A stretch of 19,662 bases of DNA from Ginkgo biloba (GCA_024626585.2 JANKJI020000004.1:22522284-22541945), one strand, 5' to 3'. Positions 1 to 11,552 are shown, numbered from the stretch's first letter. The notes: generated by a model from the sequence alone, not told the origin. Made by a program: numbers and translations.

Positions 1-5
1 TATAT

Positions 6-695
6 TTTGGACTTCCATTAGACATTGTCTTTGATTGAGAAATTTATTTTAAAATGAGTCAATGGAAGAGATTTTAAACAAACATACAATTGATCTTTTT
101 TAGTCTTCCTCATACTATCCCCAAGTAAATGGATTACTAGAATATTTAAGCAAGACGCTTAATATCATCATCCAATATACTATAGATCATAATCACTAAG
201 ATTGACATAAGAATTTAACTATTTTATATTATGTTCTTATCATACTACTACTAATATGACTACTAGTTCACTCCTTTCTACCTTACTTATAAGAAACAAG
301 TGGTTATCTCTATTGAGATATAAATTCCCTCTCTTATGATAATTTTCCATAACTAGTTATATCCTATTAAGGAATATGCAATTAGATTGGATACACTTGA
401 CCAATTAGATGAGGATTATCTAAGGGCACTCTAAAACATAGAAGCTTGTAAAAAATGTATCCAAGCCTCATTTGACCATAATAGTATTCCTTGTTATTTG
501 AGGTCGATGATCTAGTCCTTTACTTTAATGAAGTAACTAGGAATATATGCCCTATCAAGTTAAAACCTTATTTGGTTAGGACCATTCTTGGTCATCAAAG
601 TGTTTTCTAAAGGTTCCTATTAGTTGGCCCAAATAGATGGCACTTCATTTTCTAATTCAACCAATGGGAGTTCACTAAAGTATTTTTATGCATGA
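6..695 (+). mobile_element. Degenerate Ty3/gypsy (non-chromovirus, Tat/Athila-like) integrase core and C-terminus, 3' end of pol
   Basis: Manual translation across stops and frameshifts gives FGLPLDIVFD*EIYF (FGxPxxIVSDxG), SSSYYPQVNGLLEYLSKTL (SxYxPQxNGxxE), TPFYLTYKKQVVISIEI*IPSL, RLDTLDQLDE, KPYWLGPFLVIKVFSKGSY*LAQIDGTSFSNSTNGSSLKYFYA* with TGA at 693-695. It includes the GPF/GPY motif and has no chromodomain after it. Confidence 0.92.
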
Positions 696-1584
696 GCTTG
701 GTGGCACATCCCCTTCTTTTTCTTCTCCCATTCATTGATCATATCTAATAAGGAAGTATCATCATCTAACATTATCACACAATGTTCATATTTTACCTAG
801 ATAATTTATGACATATGTACTAGATATCTATGGACATGGCCTTCATAAGGATTCATTCATTACTTATGAATTTTATATACATGTGTATCTAAGATGCATA
901 TGATAATACATATCCATGAATATGTACGAAAAATGAATGTATACTATAAGTCAAAATTAGTACCATATACAAGTATCCATATGTACAAATGATCATGATT
1001 CAACATTCTAATATACATATCTAGCTAAGTAGTATTACTACTTTAGCATACCATGTAATGTACAAAAAATACACTAAGGTTTCCCACCTCCACCAACCCT
1101 AAGGAAACAAACTAATCTTAAAATAATTATTTTAATTCTATGTAGTTTCATAGGATACTTCTAACTAAGGCCTCTTGTAGTTCTAGTAAATCCCTTAAAA
1201 CATGGACTCCCAACTCTTGNNNNNNNNNNNNNNNNNNNNNNNNNNNNNNNNNNNNNNNNNNNNNNNNNNNNNNNNNNNNNNNNNNNNNNNNNNNNNNNNN
1301 NNNNNNNNNNNNNNNNNNNGCATATGGATCTACTTCAACTTCCATTACTATAACTTTGATCTCCTTCTTTCTTTGTCTAGTACTAACTCTGGTGCACAAC
1401 TCCTTCCTCTTTTCTAAATATAATGTAAGTATTTACCCATAAGTAATATTAGCTTGATAAGTTGCAATATCATTGAAAATAAAACAATACTATTGTCCTT
1501 GAGAAACTAATAAATTTTATTATCCTCTATAAAACCCAACCAAACTTTGTTTTATTATATTTTTAGCTATAGAATTTGAATTCA

Positions 1585-1980
1585 AGTGATTTATTTTTTT
1601 AGATTTATTATAAACATGTGTAATGTAATTATTCAATTCAATTGCTCAATTGCATAGATTTTCAAGGTAAAAATTTTAGAGAAAACTTAAACTACAAGAT
1701 TTCTATCACTAAAAATCAATTGAACTTAAAACAGTCATATCTTTTGTAAGAAAAGTAACATTTTAGTGATTTTATTTTTACATTTATTAGAAAAAATGTA
1801 TAGGATACAATCACGTATTCAAAATTTCTAAATTTTAAATTCTATACCCTCAAAAATTGAAAAGAGTAGATTACCTAATTTTTGTAACTATAACAGGTTT
1901 GAATTTAAAATTGTAATATCTTAACCTAGAAAAACCAAATTTTGATCATTTATTTTTTTAGATTCATGAGAAAAACTGGA
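1585..1980. repeat. Degenerate tandem repeat, period about 179-180 bp, 2-3 copies
   Basis: The motif AGTGAT-TTATTTTT-AGATTTATTA recurs at 1585, 1765 and (diverged) 1944. TTGAACTTAAAACAGTCATATCTT at 1720 aligns with TTGAATTTAAAATTGTAATATCTT at 1899. AT-richness lowers significance. Confidence 0.45.
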
Positions 1981-2125
1981 ACAATCTAAACATTAAAATC
2001 AAACTAAAAAACTCTTGAACATTCAAGGCTATAAACTTAAAATACCATACCACACGTTTCTACCTAAAGAAAGAATATTATCACTTCCTTATAATTCTTA
2101 AATAAACCATCGCTACTTAGGAATG

Positions 2126-2885
2126 GTCCCACCAATGGAACCTAAATTATGTTAACACTAGCTTAATATAGACAATTAGGGCTTCTTTTTTCATGATATT
2201 TAATTTCTAATTTATAGTTTTAAGAATGAATGGAAAATAAGGACTATTCCTTTTTCAATCACATGATGTGATTTTATGAAAGTCAACTTATTGATCTACC
2301 ACAATTATATTGATCTTACTAAAAGTAGAAACTAAATAATAGATTTGTGTTGTATAAAAAGAGATAAGTACAAAACTTCACACAAAGACCTTCAAGAATT
2401 GCAAGCATCGAGTCTCCTTGTACAAAATTACCTTGTGGACTACTCTCTAAGTGGATACCTACCTTCAATGATGAATCTCCCTTTAGATCTTTGTAACCAC
2501 AAATAGTCCTTAGATGAGAACTCCTTGTCACCAATCATACATATGACTTTACAATAGACTCCATATTCACACACATACACATATACACACCCCCTACATA
2601 TTTATGTGCATAGACATAATTATCTATTCATACCAAGCCACTGCATAAAATCTTTATTTATAGTGTTTTCAAGGATTATATATTACCTCTAGTTTTAGAA
2701 TTGCTTTTCCTTTTCTAGATTCCACTCCTTAGTTTTTTTAGATTTTACTTCACTTTTTTCTAAATGTCTCCAAACCATTTTAAATGCCTCCTCACTTTTT
2801 TGTATGTCTTATTGAATATTTTAATATATTTTTTCTTCTATTATTGCCACATATACTTATTCTTTAATTATTTAGATATGTTACA
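2126..2885 (-). mobile_element. Putative 5' LTR (about 2150-2885) of a minus-strand gypsy element with a degenerate PBS (2126-2143)
   Basis: On the minus strand: a TGTAACA start candidate at 2885, a CTATAAATA TATA box (2655-2663), and a GTGTTAACA end at 2150. TAATTT and AGGTTCCATTGGTGGGAC follow; the 3' GGTGGGAC matches tRNA-Arg-type PBSs. The boundaries are inferred. Confidence 0.4.
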
Positions 2886-3407
2886 CTTTTCTCACTTCTC
2901 CTTTACTCATTTAAAAATTTTCTAGAATATAATTATTAATATGGTGGTATATTATTCAATGAGTCACATATTTACATATAATCCATGCTTACATATCAAT
3001 ATAAACCACAACTTCCAATGGTATTACTATTACTCCACACCAATATTTGGTGTGCAGTGTGCATCATTATTATTTAGTATGCTTCAATATCATTTGGTGA
3101 ATGCCATTATTCTTTACTACATACCACTAATATGAAGTGTAGTGGATGCTAATTTATACACCTAATAAAAAGAGAAATTTTATTATTTTACACCTTATTC
3201 TTATAATGAACTTTTTATACAAATAAAATAACCTAAAAAAATTATGAATAAACAAATGCACAAGAATCTAAACGAGGTGTGCAAGCCATAAGTTTCCTTA
3301 AATTTCCATTAGGATCTACAAGAATTGAAAGGACTTGTGTTTTTTTATTTGGACATCATTAGCAGTGAAGGAATCTATCTAATGGCTCATGCCTACCTAG
3401 GGTTTAT

Positions 3408-3516
3408 GTATGTCCCTATGGGACTTAGGTACTGCACTTTAATTTGTTTACTTGCATCAAGCTACTAGGTTATGCCTTCCTGGTATTTAGGTATGTCCCT
3501 ATGGGACCTATGTACT
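3408..3516. repeat. Direct repeat of a hairpin-containing 17-mer GTATGTCCCTATGGGAC (2 copies, 83 bp apart)
   Basis: Exact copies at 3408-3424 and 3491-3507, extending to 26 bp with 2 mismatches. Each contains a GTCCC-TAT-GGGAC stem-loop. Confidence 0.8.
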
Positions 3517-3646
3517 AAAATGTTAGGTTTTTTCATTCAGGGTATAAGCTTCTTATCGATAGAAGATCTTTTGTAGAGGTTGCTAATGTGGCCATTTTGT
3601 ACCCCTTGTAAAAAAAATTATATATAATATATAAATCCCCTTTTTT

Positions 3647-3822
3647 GAAGTTTTCCACCGAGGCCCTTGGTTTTATTTTCGCATGCTCATCATATTTGAG
3701 TGGTGGTATAATAATTTATCTATTGATAACAAAGTTAACCTTTCTTTCCCTGTGTGGGTAGAATTCCCAGGAATGTTGTTACATCTTTCCAGACATTTGG
3801 AAATGATTTTTGGGTCCTTGGG
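3647..3822 (+). mobile_element. Plant LINE (L1-clade) ORF1 fragment, DUF4283-like region
   Basis: Open frame EVFHRGPWFYFRMLIIFEWWYNNLSIDNKVNLSFPVWVEFPGMLLHLSRHLEMIFGSLG matches the plant LINE ORF1 pattern GPWxF...W...PVWVxxPxLPLHL...IxxxLG. Cut off by the gap at 3823. Confidence 0.8.
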
Positions 3823-4367
3823 NNNNNNNNNNNNNNNNNNNNNNNNNNNNNNNNNNNNNNNNNNNNNNNNNNNNNNNNNNNNNNNNNNNNNNNNNNNNNN
3901 NNNNNNNNNNNNNNNNNNNNNNGTTTATTAAACATACATATGGAAATCTATTGCAAATATAGAATACCATCAAATTTCTTATTAAAGTTTATTGTTTTAC
4001 ACCTAAGGGTGAAATCCTCTAAGATTTATATATATAGACCCATGCTTCAAGCATTAGGAATTGGGGGAGAATCTATAAATGTGATCTTTTAAAAATACAT
4101 GGAATTATTTTACCACTATGATTGCAAATGGGTTCGAGTTGTTGTGAGGGATATTCAATGGGTCTAACATTTGTATCATGAAATGCACCACCATAAATAA
4201 TATGCACCTATTTATTGCCATCCATTATTAGTTCCATATTAACCCTCAATATTTATAAGGTATAACTTCATTGTTATATGGTTCCCCAAAAAGATATATA
4301 AGCATTGATATCTTCATGGTTGACGTATTACATCACTATATAGGTCGTTGAATGTGCATTCTTCAGT

Positions 4368-4457
4368 CTTAGTTTTGAGGTATCATCATACTACACCACC
4401 AACCATGATTTCTAATGTGGATTCATCAACCTTAGTTTTGAAGTATCATCATCATAC
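4368..4457. repeat. Short direct repeat, period 63 bp
   Basis: CTTAGTTTTGAGGTATCATCATAC at 4368 versus CTTAGTTTTGAAGTATCATCATCATAC at 4431. Confidence 0.65.
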
Positions 4458-4809
4458 TTTCATCACTAGGTTTGTTTTGGGATAAGCCATATTACATGCT
4501 TTCTCTCATAGAACGGTATTATTGTTTAAGTATTAATCATTTTGACATAGTATAGTAGAAACCATCATTACATTATCCTTATAATTTAGTCATGTTTAGT
4601 TTTTGGATCATCATCTCATGGTTTTTACCACTTGGCTTCATGTACCAATTACACCTTAGAGCATATTAGTTCACAATGTTGTATCTTCACCATATGTTTG
4701 TTCATTCGACAAGATCATGGAAAAGCAATGTAAGCACAAGTATGTTGGATTCCAGTGAACTAAAAAGTCGGTGAATGTTTAATATTTCAAGGGAACATTG
4801 CAAAATTTA

Positions 4810-6059
4810 ATCATAAAGTCCTAAATTACTCTAATGGTTTTAGCACCTATATAATCCCCCTCCTTAGCGACAATGTGGTATAGTATATTTCCCTTAGTTA
4901 ATCCCAAGCTTGACTTATTAGGATTAACAGAATTTTCAAAACTCATGCATCTTTTAAAGATAGTCCTAAGATGTTCGATATGATATTATATTTATTTCAA
5001 AAAAGCTATAAGTTCATGCAAGTATATTTAAATACTCTTACCAATGAGTTCACTAAATTCAAATTCCATGGCCCTCTAAAAGGTGGCTCCAAAATTCATT
5101 AGTGTAATAAGAGTTATTTTATAATGGTTTACTTCTAGCACTAGTAACTAATTGTATCCTAAAAATCCTTCTAACATAGAAATCACCTTTTCTCCAATTA
5201 CCATATTCAATAACTGATCCATTCTTGGAAACATATAGTTATCCTTTAATGATTCTCTATTTAAATTTTAGAAATCCACATAAATACAAACCTCTCTATT
5301 TTTCTTTTAGACTGGAATCGAGTTTACTATCCATGTATAATAATGTATTGCAAAAATAATCCCTGCATTTAACTTATTTTCAAGCTCTTTCTAGATCATT
5401 AATTCGATGCTGATAGGTCTTATTTTTTTCCTATAGGCTCTTACCCTGGGCTGAGGGGAATGTTATGCAAAATCACCTGAGAATTGAAAAGTTTTATTTT
5501 TTCATATTTCCAAGTGAAAACAACTTTAAATTATTAACATAAAGATACTAGTTGATATCTTTCTTCATGAGTATAGCTGACACCAATGTAGATAATATTT
5601 GACTTTTCTCCAGATCTGATATCGACATGAGTAGTCTCGTGCATAATCTTCTTGGATAATTCCTCCAATTTAAGGCCCAAATGAGGTACACCATCTAGAT
5701 TAAAAATTAATTCTAGAATCACCAGTCCTTTTGGGAATTTTATTCATCCATGGATGAATGTTCCCTTATTCATATTCATCACATTGGTGTGTTGAATATT
5801 TTTCTTAATCTTCAATGAAACTATTTTTAAACTCTTCCTCATTTGGCAAAAAATGGAGGGTCTAATCATCATCTTTGAAAAGTTTCCATTGTTCTATATT
5901 GTCTAGTACAAAAGGTCCAACTAGGACCTCCACCTAAAATTATTTGGGACAAAGAGGGATGAGGGGAAAATAATAACACCGACACCAACAATGAATCTAT
6001 GAGCTAGTTTTATTCTCTTGGAATAAAATATATGGAAAAGGATTTAAAAAATTTAATCA
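4810..6059 (-). mobile_element. Degenerate Ty3/gypsy Tat-type pol fragment: C-terminus of additional RNase H (aRH), linker, reverse transcriptase
   Basis: Minus strand, in order: FKSFSIYFIPRE*N*LIDSLLVS (RNase HI C-terminal IPRxxNxxADxLA, IPRE at 6013-6024); VEVLVGPFVLDNIEQWKLFKDDD; PKGLVILELIFNLD; VFTWKYE; then RT motifs WIVNSIPV*KKNREVCIYVDF*NLNRESLKDNYMFPRMDQLL, ISMLEGFLGYN, LMNFGATF*RAM, IYLHEL (decayed YLDD, 5013-5024), HIEHLRTIFKRC...NPNKS. Confidence 0.92.
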
Positions 6060-7310
6060 NNNNNNNNNNNNNNNNNNNNNNNNNNNNNNNNNNNNNNNNN
6101 NNNNNNNNNNNNNNNNNNNNNNNNNNNNNNNNNNNNNNNNNNNNNNNNNNNNNNNNNNNTAGATATTCCCATGATACACCTTATTTTATTATGCCTTTGA
6201 TTTCCATTCATTGTTGGCATGCCAACATTATTACTAGTGCTTCTTTTTCAAACACACTTTTGGTGTAAATTTGATATATGATACATTACATGATATTTTA
6301 ACATTATTAAATTTATATTTTATTTTATCATTATATCATGCTTATGAGAATTGGACTTGTATGTACTTGTGTAGCCATCCTGATGTCATTTTCACATATG
6401 TATAAGTTTAGTATATGTATAGTATGGTTCAATGATAAGATGACTTAAATTTTTTTAAGATCATTTATTTTAAAGTAGGTTCAATAACGTAGGTGATGTA
6501 CCTTCTCTCCTTTTTCTCCTCTCTTTTTTTCATTAGCATTGACATTAGTATCATTAACAATATTGACTACATTCAGTTCAACATATTTGTAGTATTCTCA
6601 TTCATTTTGGTATAGGATACATTTGGAGATAATATTGGTTCAGTGTAGTGGCATGTATATTATTGATGATTCCTTTGAGTATTAGGCTAATACTAAAGGA
6701 TTTTAATATTTTATTCATTTTAGTCATATAGACCTCAATTTTTAGGGGCCATTCTATTATCACTCAAAATAGAACCCTTGTATGAACATTATTGATTTTG
6801 TAAATTATAAGCATTTTTATGTACAATTAAAGCCCCACTATATAATTTTATTATATTTTTCACATGCCAATGCTTATTTTTACATTATTTACATTACACT
6901 TTCTTACATTCGTGTCATATTATGTAATATTTATTCATTTATGGATCCCACTTTATGTGGGAAATGCAGTCAATATATTATTCATATGCTTACACCTTAT
7001 GATCCTCCACGTGACCTTTTATTTCTATGGACATTATATTATGTGGCCCACTTATATCATGCTCCATTCCACATCATGGACTCCCTTACATAGTGGGACA
7101 AAGAAAAAGGTTATGTTGTTGTTCCTTGTTGATTCATATTATGCTACACATTATCCTATATAGTTTTATGGATTTCCCTTGTGCTATCATTGATTATAGA
7201 GAAGTGTGAAACTACCATTACATGATGCATAGGATCATGATCCCATGTGATCTTAGATTATGATCCATGTTGTCATGGCACATCATATGCTTCCACCATG
7301 GTTAGGGTCA

Positions 7311-7637
7311 TGTTCATGGAAAATATCACTCCCCAATATGCTAAATACCATAAACACATCAAATGACGTAACATGGGGGTTCTTTATACACAAAGAGTCC
7401 TTAATGTAAATACACACATAAAGAAATGAAGAGAAATATGACAGCATAAGAAAAGAGAAAACACAAGAGATGAGATAGAATATGGTGAGAAATCTCATCA
7501 AGAAGGATAATACCATGGATAGATGCAAACTTATATTCTCTCTCCTCATGCTAAGATATAACACTCAAGATGATCTTTAAGATGGAAACCTTCTTTTCCT
7601 CCATGGGGAGAGAAAGGATGAAGGCACTATGTGACAT
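7311..7637 (-). mobile_element. Truncated LTR (3' part), inverted homologue of the LTR at 10385-10957
   Basis: Aligns with the reverse complement of about 10638-10957 (about 80% by eye; about 92% over an 85-bp core containing AATCTCATCAAGAAGGATAATACCAT). Homology stops at the TGTTCA terminus at 7311 and no PBS follows. Confidence 0.85.
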
Positions 7638-8696
7638 CGAGTCATAAAAGATCCCCATTTTTAATCTTTTTGTAAAAGGNNNNNNNNNNNNNNNNNNNNN
7701 NNNNNNNNNNNNNNNNNNNNNNNNNNNNNNNNNNNNNNNNNNNNNNNNNNNNNNNNNNNNNNNNNNNNNNNNNNNNNNNAATTTAATAATTAATTATGAT
7801 TAATAAAAAATAATAATAATAATATTAACAAGAATATATAATATATAATTAAAAAAGTAGACATCGATTTAACCAAAATTATAGATAACTATAATTATAT
7901 TAATATTTAACTATGGATAAACTTTTTAATTTCGTATACATTCATCTACCCTTAAATTTAAAGGTACATTAATAGAAACAATTTGAATGTGCACTTCTCT
8001 AACTAAAATTGAAACACTAATAATAAAACATCGGGTCTACAATACACTAAATTTGAAATATAAAAACTATCCATGTTCTAAGATGTTTACATATTTTCCT
8101 ATAGCATTTGTGAGAGTGAGTGATGTATGATATCTTTTTCTTTTCAAACTTCTTTGATTCTTGAGTTTGATTTTTAAAAGAGTTGTATGTGTTTGCAATT
8201 TCTAACTAATGCAATTTTGAACAAGCTTCCATTCATGAGATTATGCATCTACTCGACGTTTATTGCATTATATAAGGAATTCACTCCCTCGTTCATATCA
8301 TCTTCTCTTTTACGGTATTGATTTTCTAGTTGATGTCTTTACTCAATAGTCAATTTGCAAGATGTCTTTTATAGTATTAATTTTCTAGCCTATGTCCCAT
8401 AGTGGATTCTTCTATCACTACATTCCCATAGTATTTAGTTGTATATATGTGACATTTATCATGCTTTATTATAGATCTGATTCATGAGAAATTAATGTTA
8501 TGTTGCACCATAATGTCGCACAATAGGTATTCATGTTATGATGCACACCAGGTACTCTACCAAATCCCATCTCTTTAATAGAGGTAGGGCTTTAAATCCA
8601 TAGAAAAAACCTAATACAAAATGAAAATTCTCTTCATGGATGTTTTCCACATTTTTATCTCCAAGGTAACATTTTTTACGTCATACCCATGACGTG

Positions 8697-8753
8697 CTCC
8701 ATTTTATTACAAATGCACAGTGGCTTCTCCATTTGATTACAAATACATAGTGG
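8697..8753. repeat. 30-bp tandem duplication
   Basis: CTCCATTTTATTACAAATGCACAGTGG (8697) and CTCCATTTGATTACAAATACATAGTGG (8727), 3 mismatches in 27 bp. Confidence 0.8.
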
Positions 8754-10384
8754 ATGGCTATATAGATGGAAAAATCAAAGAATTTAGCAATAAAGTCTAT
8801 CTGGTATATAGGTAATTAGCAACTATCTATTGGACACGTCACCTNNNNNNNNNNNNNNNNNNNNNNNNNNNNNNNNNNACAATGTATGCATTGCCAAATA
8901 ATTTTGTTTTGGAATAATGAGAATTGGTGCAACTACTAGATTCAAAGATTACTCAATCTATCACTGCCTACATCTGTCAATCTGTCACTAAAAATAGAAA
9001 AATAGAACAAAACTATTATGTGCATATAAGTAGAATAGTTATAGTTGCCAATAGAATTTTTCTCCAATATTTCGATTTTTTTCCATCTCTAGAGTGCCTA
9101 TGTGCCTGTTGTCTTTGAGTTCTTTAATGAAAATTAGTGGTTCTCAATTCCAATTTTAAATAAATTCAAAATAATATTTTCTTGCTGGTATCATTTGATA
9201 TAAGCTTTGGTTAAGGCCATAAATACGCCATTCGAATATGTTCTACCTTTGCAAAAGTGAAATTTATATCAAAAAATTTATTAGTTTTGATTTTGGATAC
9301 GATAGTAAGTGTAGAGTTTCAATAGGAATGTAAACGCAGACGTGTGAAGATTTGAAATGAAACACCTTTCTTATCATAATTTGGGTCTTTATATTTATAG
9401 TTGTGCATTTATAATCCTCCATATTCAGAATAGCTATTATTACTAAATCATTTTTTACAAGATCTACATGACACCTCTCAGATAGATAATCAAATGCCAC
9501 ATACTTCCATTTTAGATGTTATAGTCTTCCAAAAATATGTCATAAATGTTTTGCTCTCAACTATAGCTAAACTTTCTACATCAAATAGACATTCTTATCA
9601 TAGTTTTATAAGTAAGAGCATCTTTTATAAAATAGTTAAAGTTAGAATTTCCTCCATAATGATTCTAGCACATTATATACCTTCTCACTCATACGCTCAA
9701 GTCCCCAACATNNNNNNNNNNNNNNNNNNNNNNNNNNNNNNNNNNNNNNNNNNNNNNNNNNNNNNNNNNNNNNNNNNNNNNNNNNNNNNNNNNNNNNNNN
9801 NNNNNNNNNNNCTTCTAGTGCAAGCTATATTTCATCATTTCATAATTTCATCTTGCATACAATTTTTCCATAAATCTCTCAACATCCTTCCATTTATTCC
9901 TCTCACTCATACATTCAATTTTCCATTCAATTTTTGGACTTGGAAGCACTAGCTCTCTTTGTTTGTAGATATGTAGCTATTACATCACATCATTTATTTT
10001 AATTAGCACCATTATCCCACTTTTACTTTCTCTAGTGCGTATAATACGTATGTTTATCTAATGCAGCATCAATATTTTTTTTGTTCTTATTTGAGATGAT
10101 ATCCCTTAAGCAATTCACCTCATAGCTCTGAAGCTACAAATTCGCACTCCAAGACCATTTAATTGTAGATAACAACAAATATCACTGCATATTTCATATC
10201 ATGTTCCATTCACCATTGTAGAAAGAGATCAATGCCATGTATCTTTTTTTTATCTTTGTTTGTTGCATTTTTTTTCTTTTTTCTTCTTAATGATGCATAT
10301 CAATAAGACATTGTTGTAAATGTTAATACATTTCTGCTATAATATTATATTTTTATTTATACATTATGCCCTAAGGATGGGACC

Positions 10385-10957
10385 TGTCCATAACTATGTG
10401 GCTCCATTTTATTAAATATTTCATGCATGAGTCAGAGACATATCTAGTATTGTACTTTATTTTATAATAAGTGAATATTTTTTTTGTGAGTGTCTTATCA
10501 AGTTAGGATAATAATATGGACCATATTATAACTATATTTCTCTCTCTCCCTTTCATTTCCTATATCTAACCTCATGGAATTTTATAATTTCACTATGGTT
10601 AACCTTAAATGGTCACTATCATCCTATAAATATCCATATAGTACCTTTATCCTTTCTCCCCCCATGGGGGGAAAGGGGATTTTTATATTGAAGATCATCT
10701 TAAGGGTCATGGCTTAGCATGAAGAGAGAGAGTATAATTGCATCCATATATGGTATTATCCTTCTTGATGAGATTGCTCACCACATTCTATCTTATCTCT
10801 TGTGTTTTCTTTTTTCTTATGCTATGTTATATTGCTCTTGATTTCTTTATGCATGAATTTACATTAAGGGCTCATTATGCATAAATAACTCTCGTGTCAT
10901 GTACTTTTATATGTTTATGATATTTATCATATTAAGGAGTGATATTTTCTATGAACA
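10385..10957 (+). mobile_element. 5' LTR of an LTR retrotransposon (about 573 bp)
   Basis: Termini TGTCCATA...TATGAACA (7/8 inverted match, TG..CA). TATA box CTATAAATA at 10624-10632. The 3' end is fixed by the homology boundary with the 7311 copy and by the adjacent PBS; the 5' end is less certain. Confidence 0.75.
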
Positions 10958-10961
10958 TAAT

Positions 10962-10979
10962 TGGTGACCATACTGGGGA
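10962..10979 (+). other. Primer-binding site, tRNA-Arg-like
   Basis: TGGTGACCATACTGGGGA, 4 nt after the LTR end. It matches TGGCGACTCCACTGGGGA (complement of the plant tRNA-Arg 3' end used by Tat/Ogre elements) at 14/18 positions. Confidence 0.7.
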
Positions 10980-11504
10980 TGATATAGACATTCTCTAGTT
11001 TTTAGTTATTTTACTCAGTATGGCCACTACAAAATTGGTGATTTTTGTATAGTTCATTTCTATGAATTTTTTTCAACAGATTTATAATTTATCATAACCT
11101 TGTTTTATAGATTTGGACCATTAAAGGCAGCAATGGCAGCAAGCATTGAATGCATGGAATAAATGAGGATAAAGAAACATGAGAACCCATGCATAAACTT
11201 CTCTCCAAATGAAATCGGCTCCTCATATTTCATTCACATAAAATGCATGTATAAATAGAAGTACAAAAGTGTAACACTCATGGAGGAAACTTCCAATGCA
11301 TATCTATTTCTTTGACACCTAGCTCTAACACTTGTCACTTGCTATTTTCTATTTTAATCTCTCTACATAACATTATTAAACTACAAATGATGCATTATTC
11401 CAACNNNNNNNNNNNNNNNNNNNNNNNNNNNNNNNNNNNNNNNNNNNNNNNNNNNNNNNNNNNNNNNNNNNNNNNNNNNNNNNNNNNNNNNNNNNNNNNN
11501 NNNN

Positions 11505-11514
11505 AGATAGATAG

Positions 11515-11552
<38 letters not shown>

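Noticed and set aside
1148-1417. ORFs spanning N gaps (also 3735-4092, 6032-6268, 9494-9952, 13902-14327, 16109-17059, 18169-18462)
   Set aside because: Their length comes from N runs, and 100-N gaps are of unknown size, so frame continuity is meaningless. The 1148-1399 ORF probably joins two unrelated pieces.
3036-3054. Hairpin CACACCAA-TAT-TTGGTGTG as a Helitron 3' end
   Set aside because: No CTRR terminus follows at the expected distance on the + strand, and there is no other Helitron evidence.
6782-7564. Several hydrophobic ORFs (6782-7209 +, 7283-7564 -)
   Set aside because: AT-rich low-complexity or LTR sequence; 7283-7564 lies mostly within the LTR copy.
8879-10240. Possible transposase or LINE remnant (minus-strand ORF 9264-9500 and frame 9812-10240)
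   Set aside because: No diagnostic motif found by eye; probably TE-derived but unassignable.
7311-10957. Single Mutator-like or foldback element with long TIRs
   Set aside because: No target-site duplication (GGTCA versus TAATT), and the right arm extends to a TATA-bearing LTR followed by a PBS.
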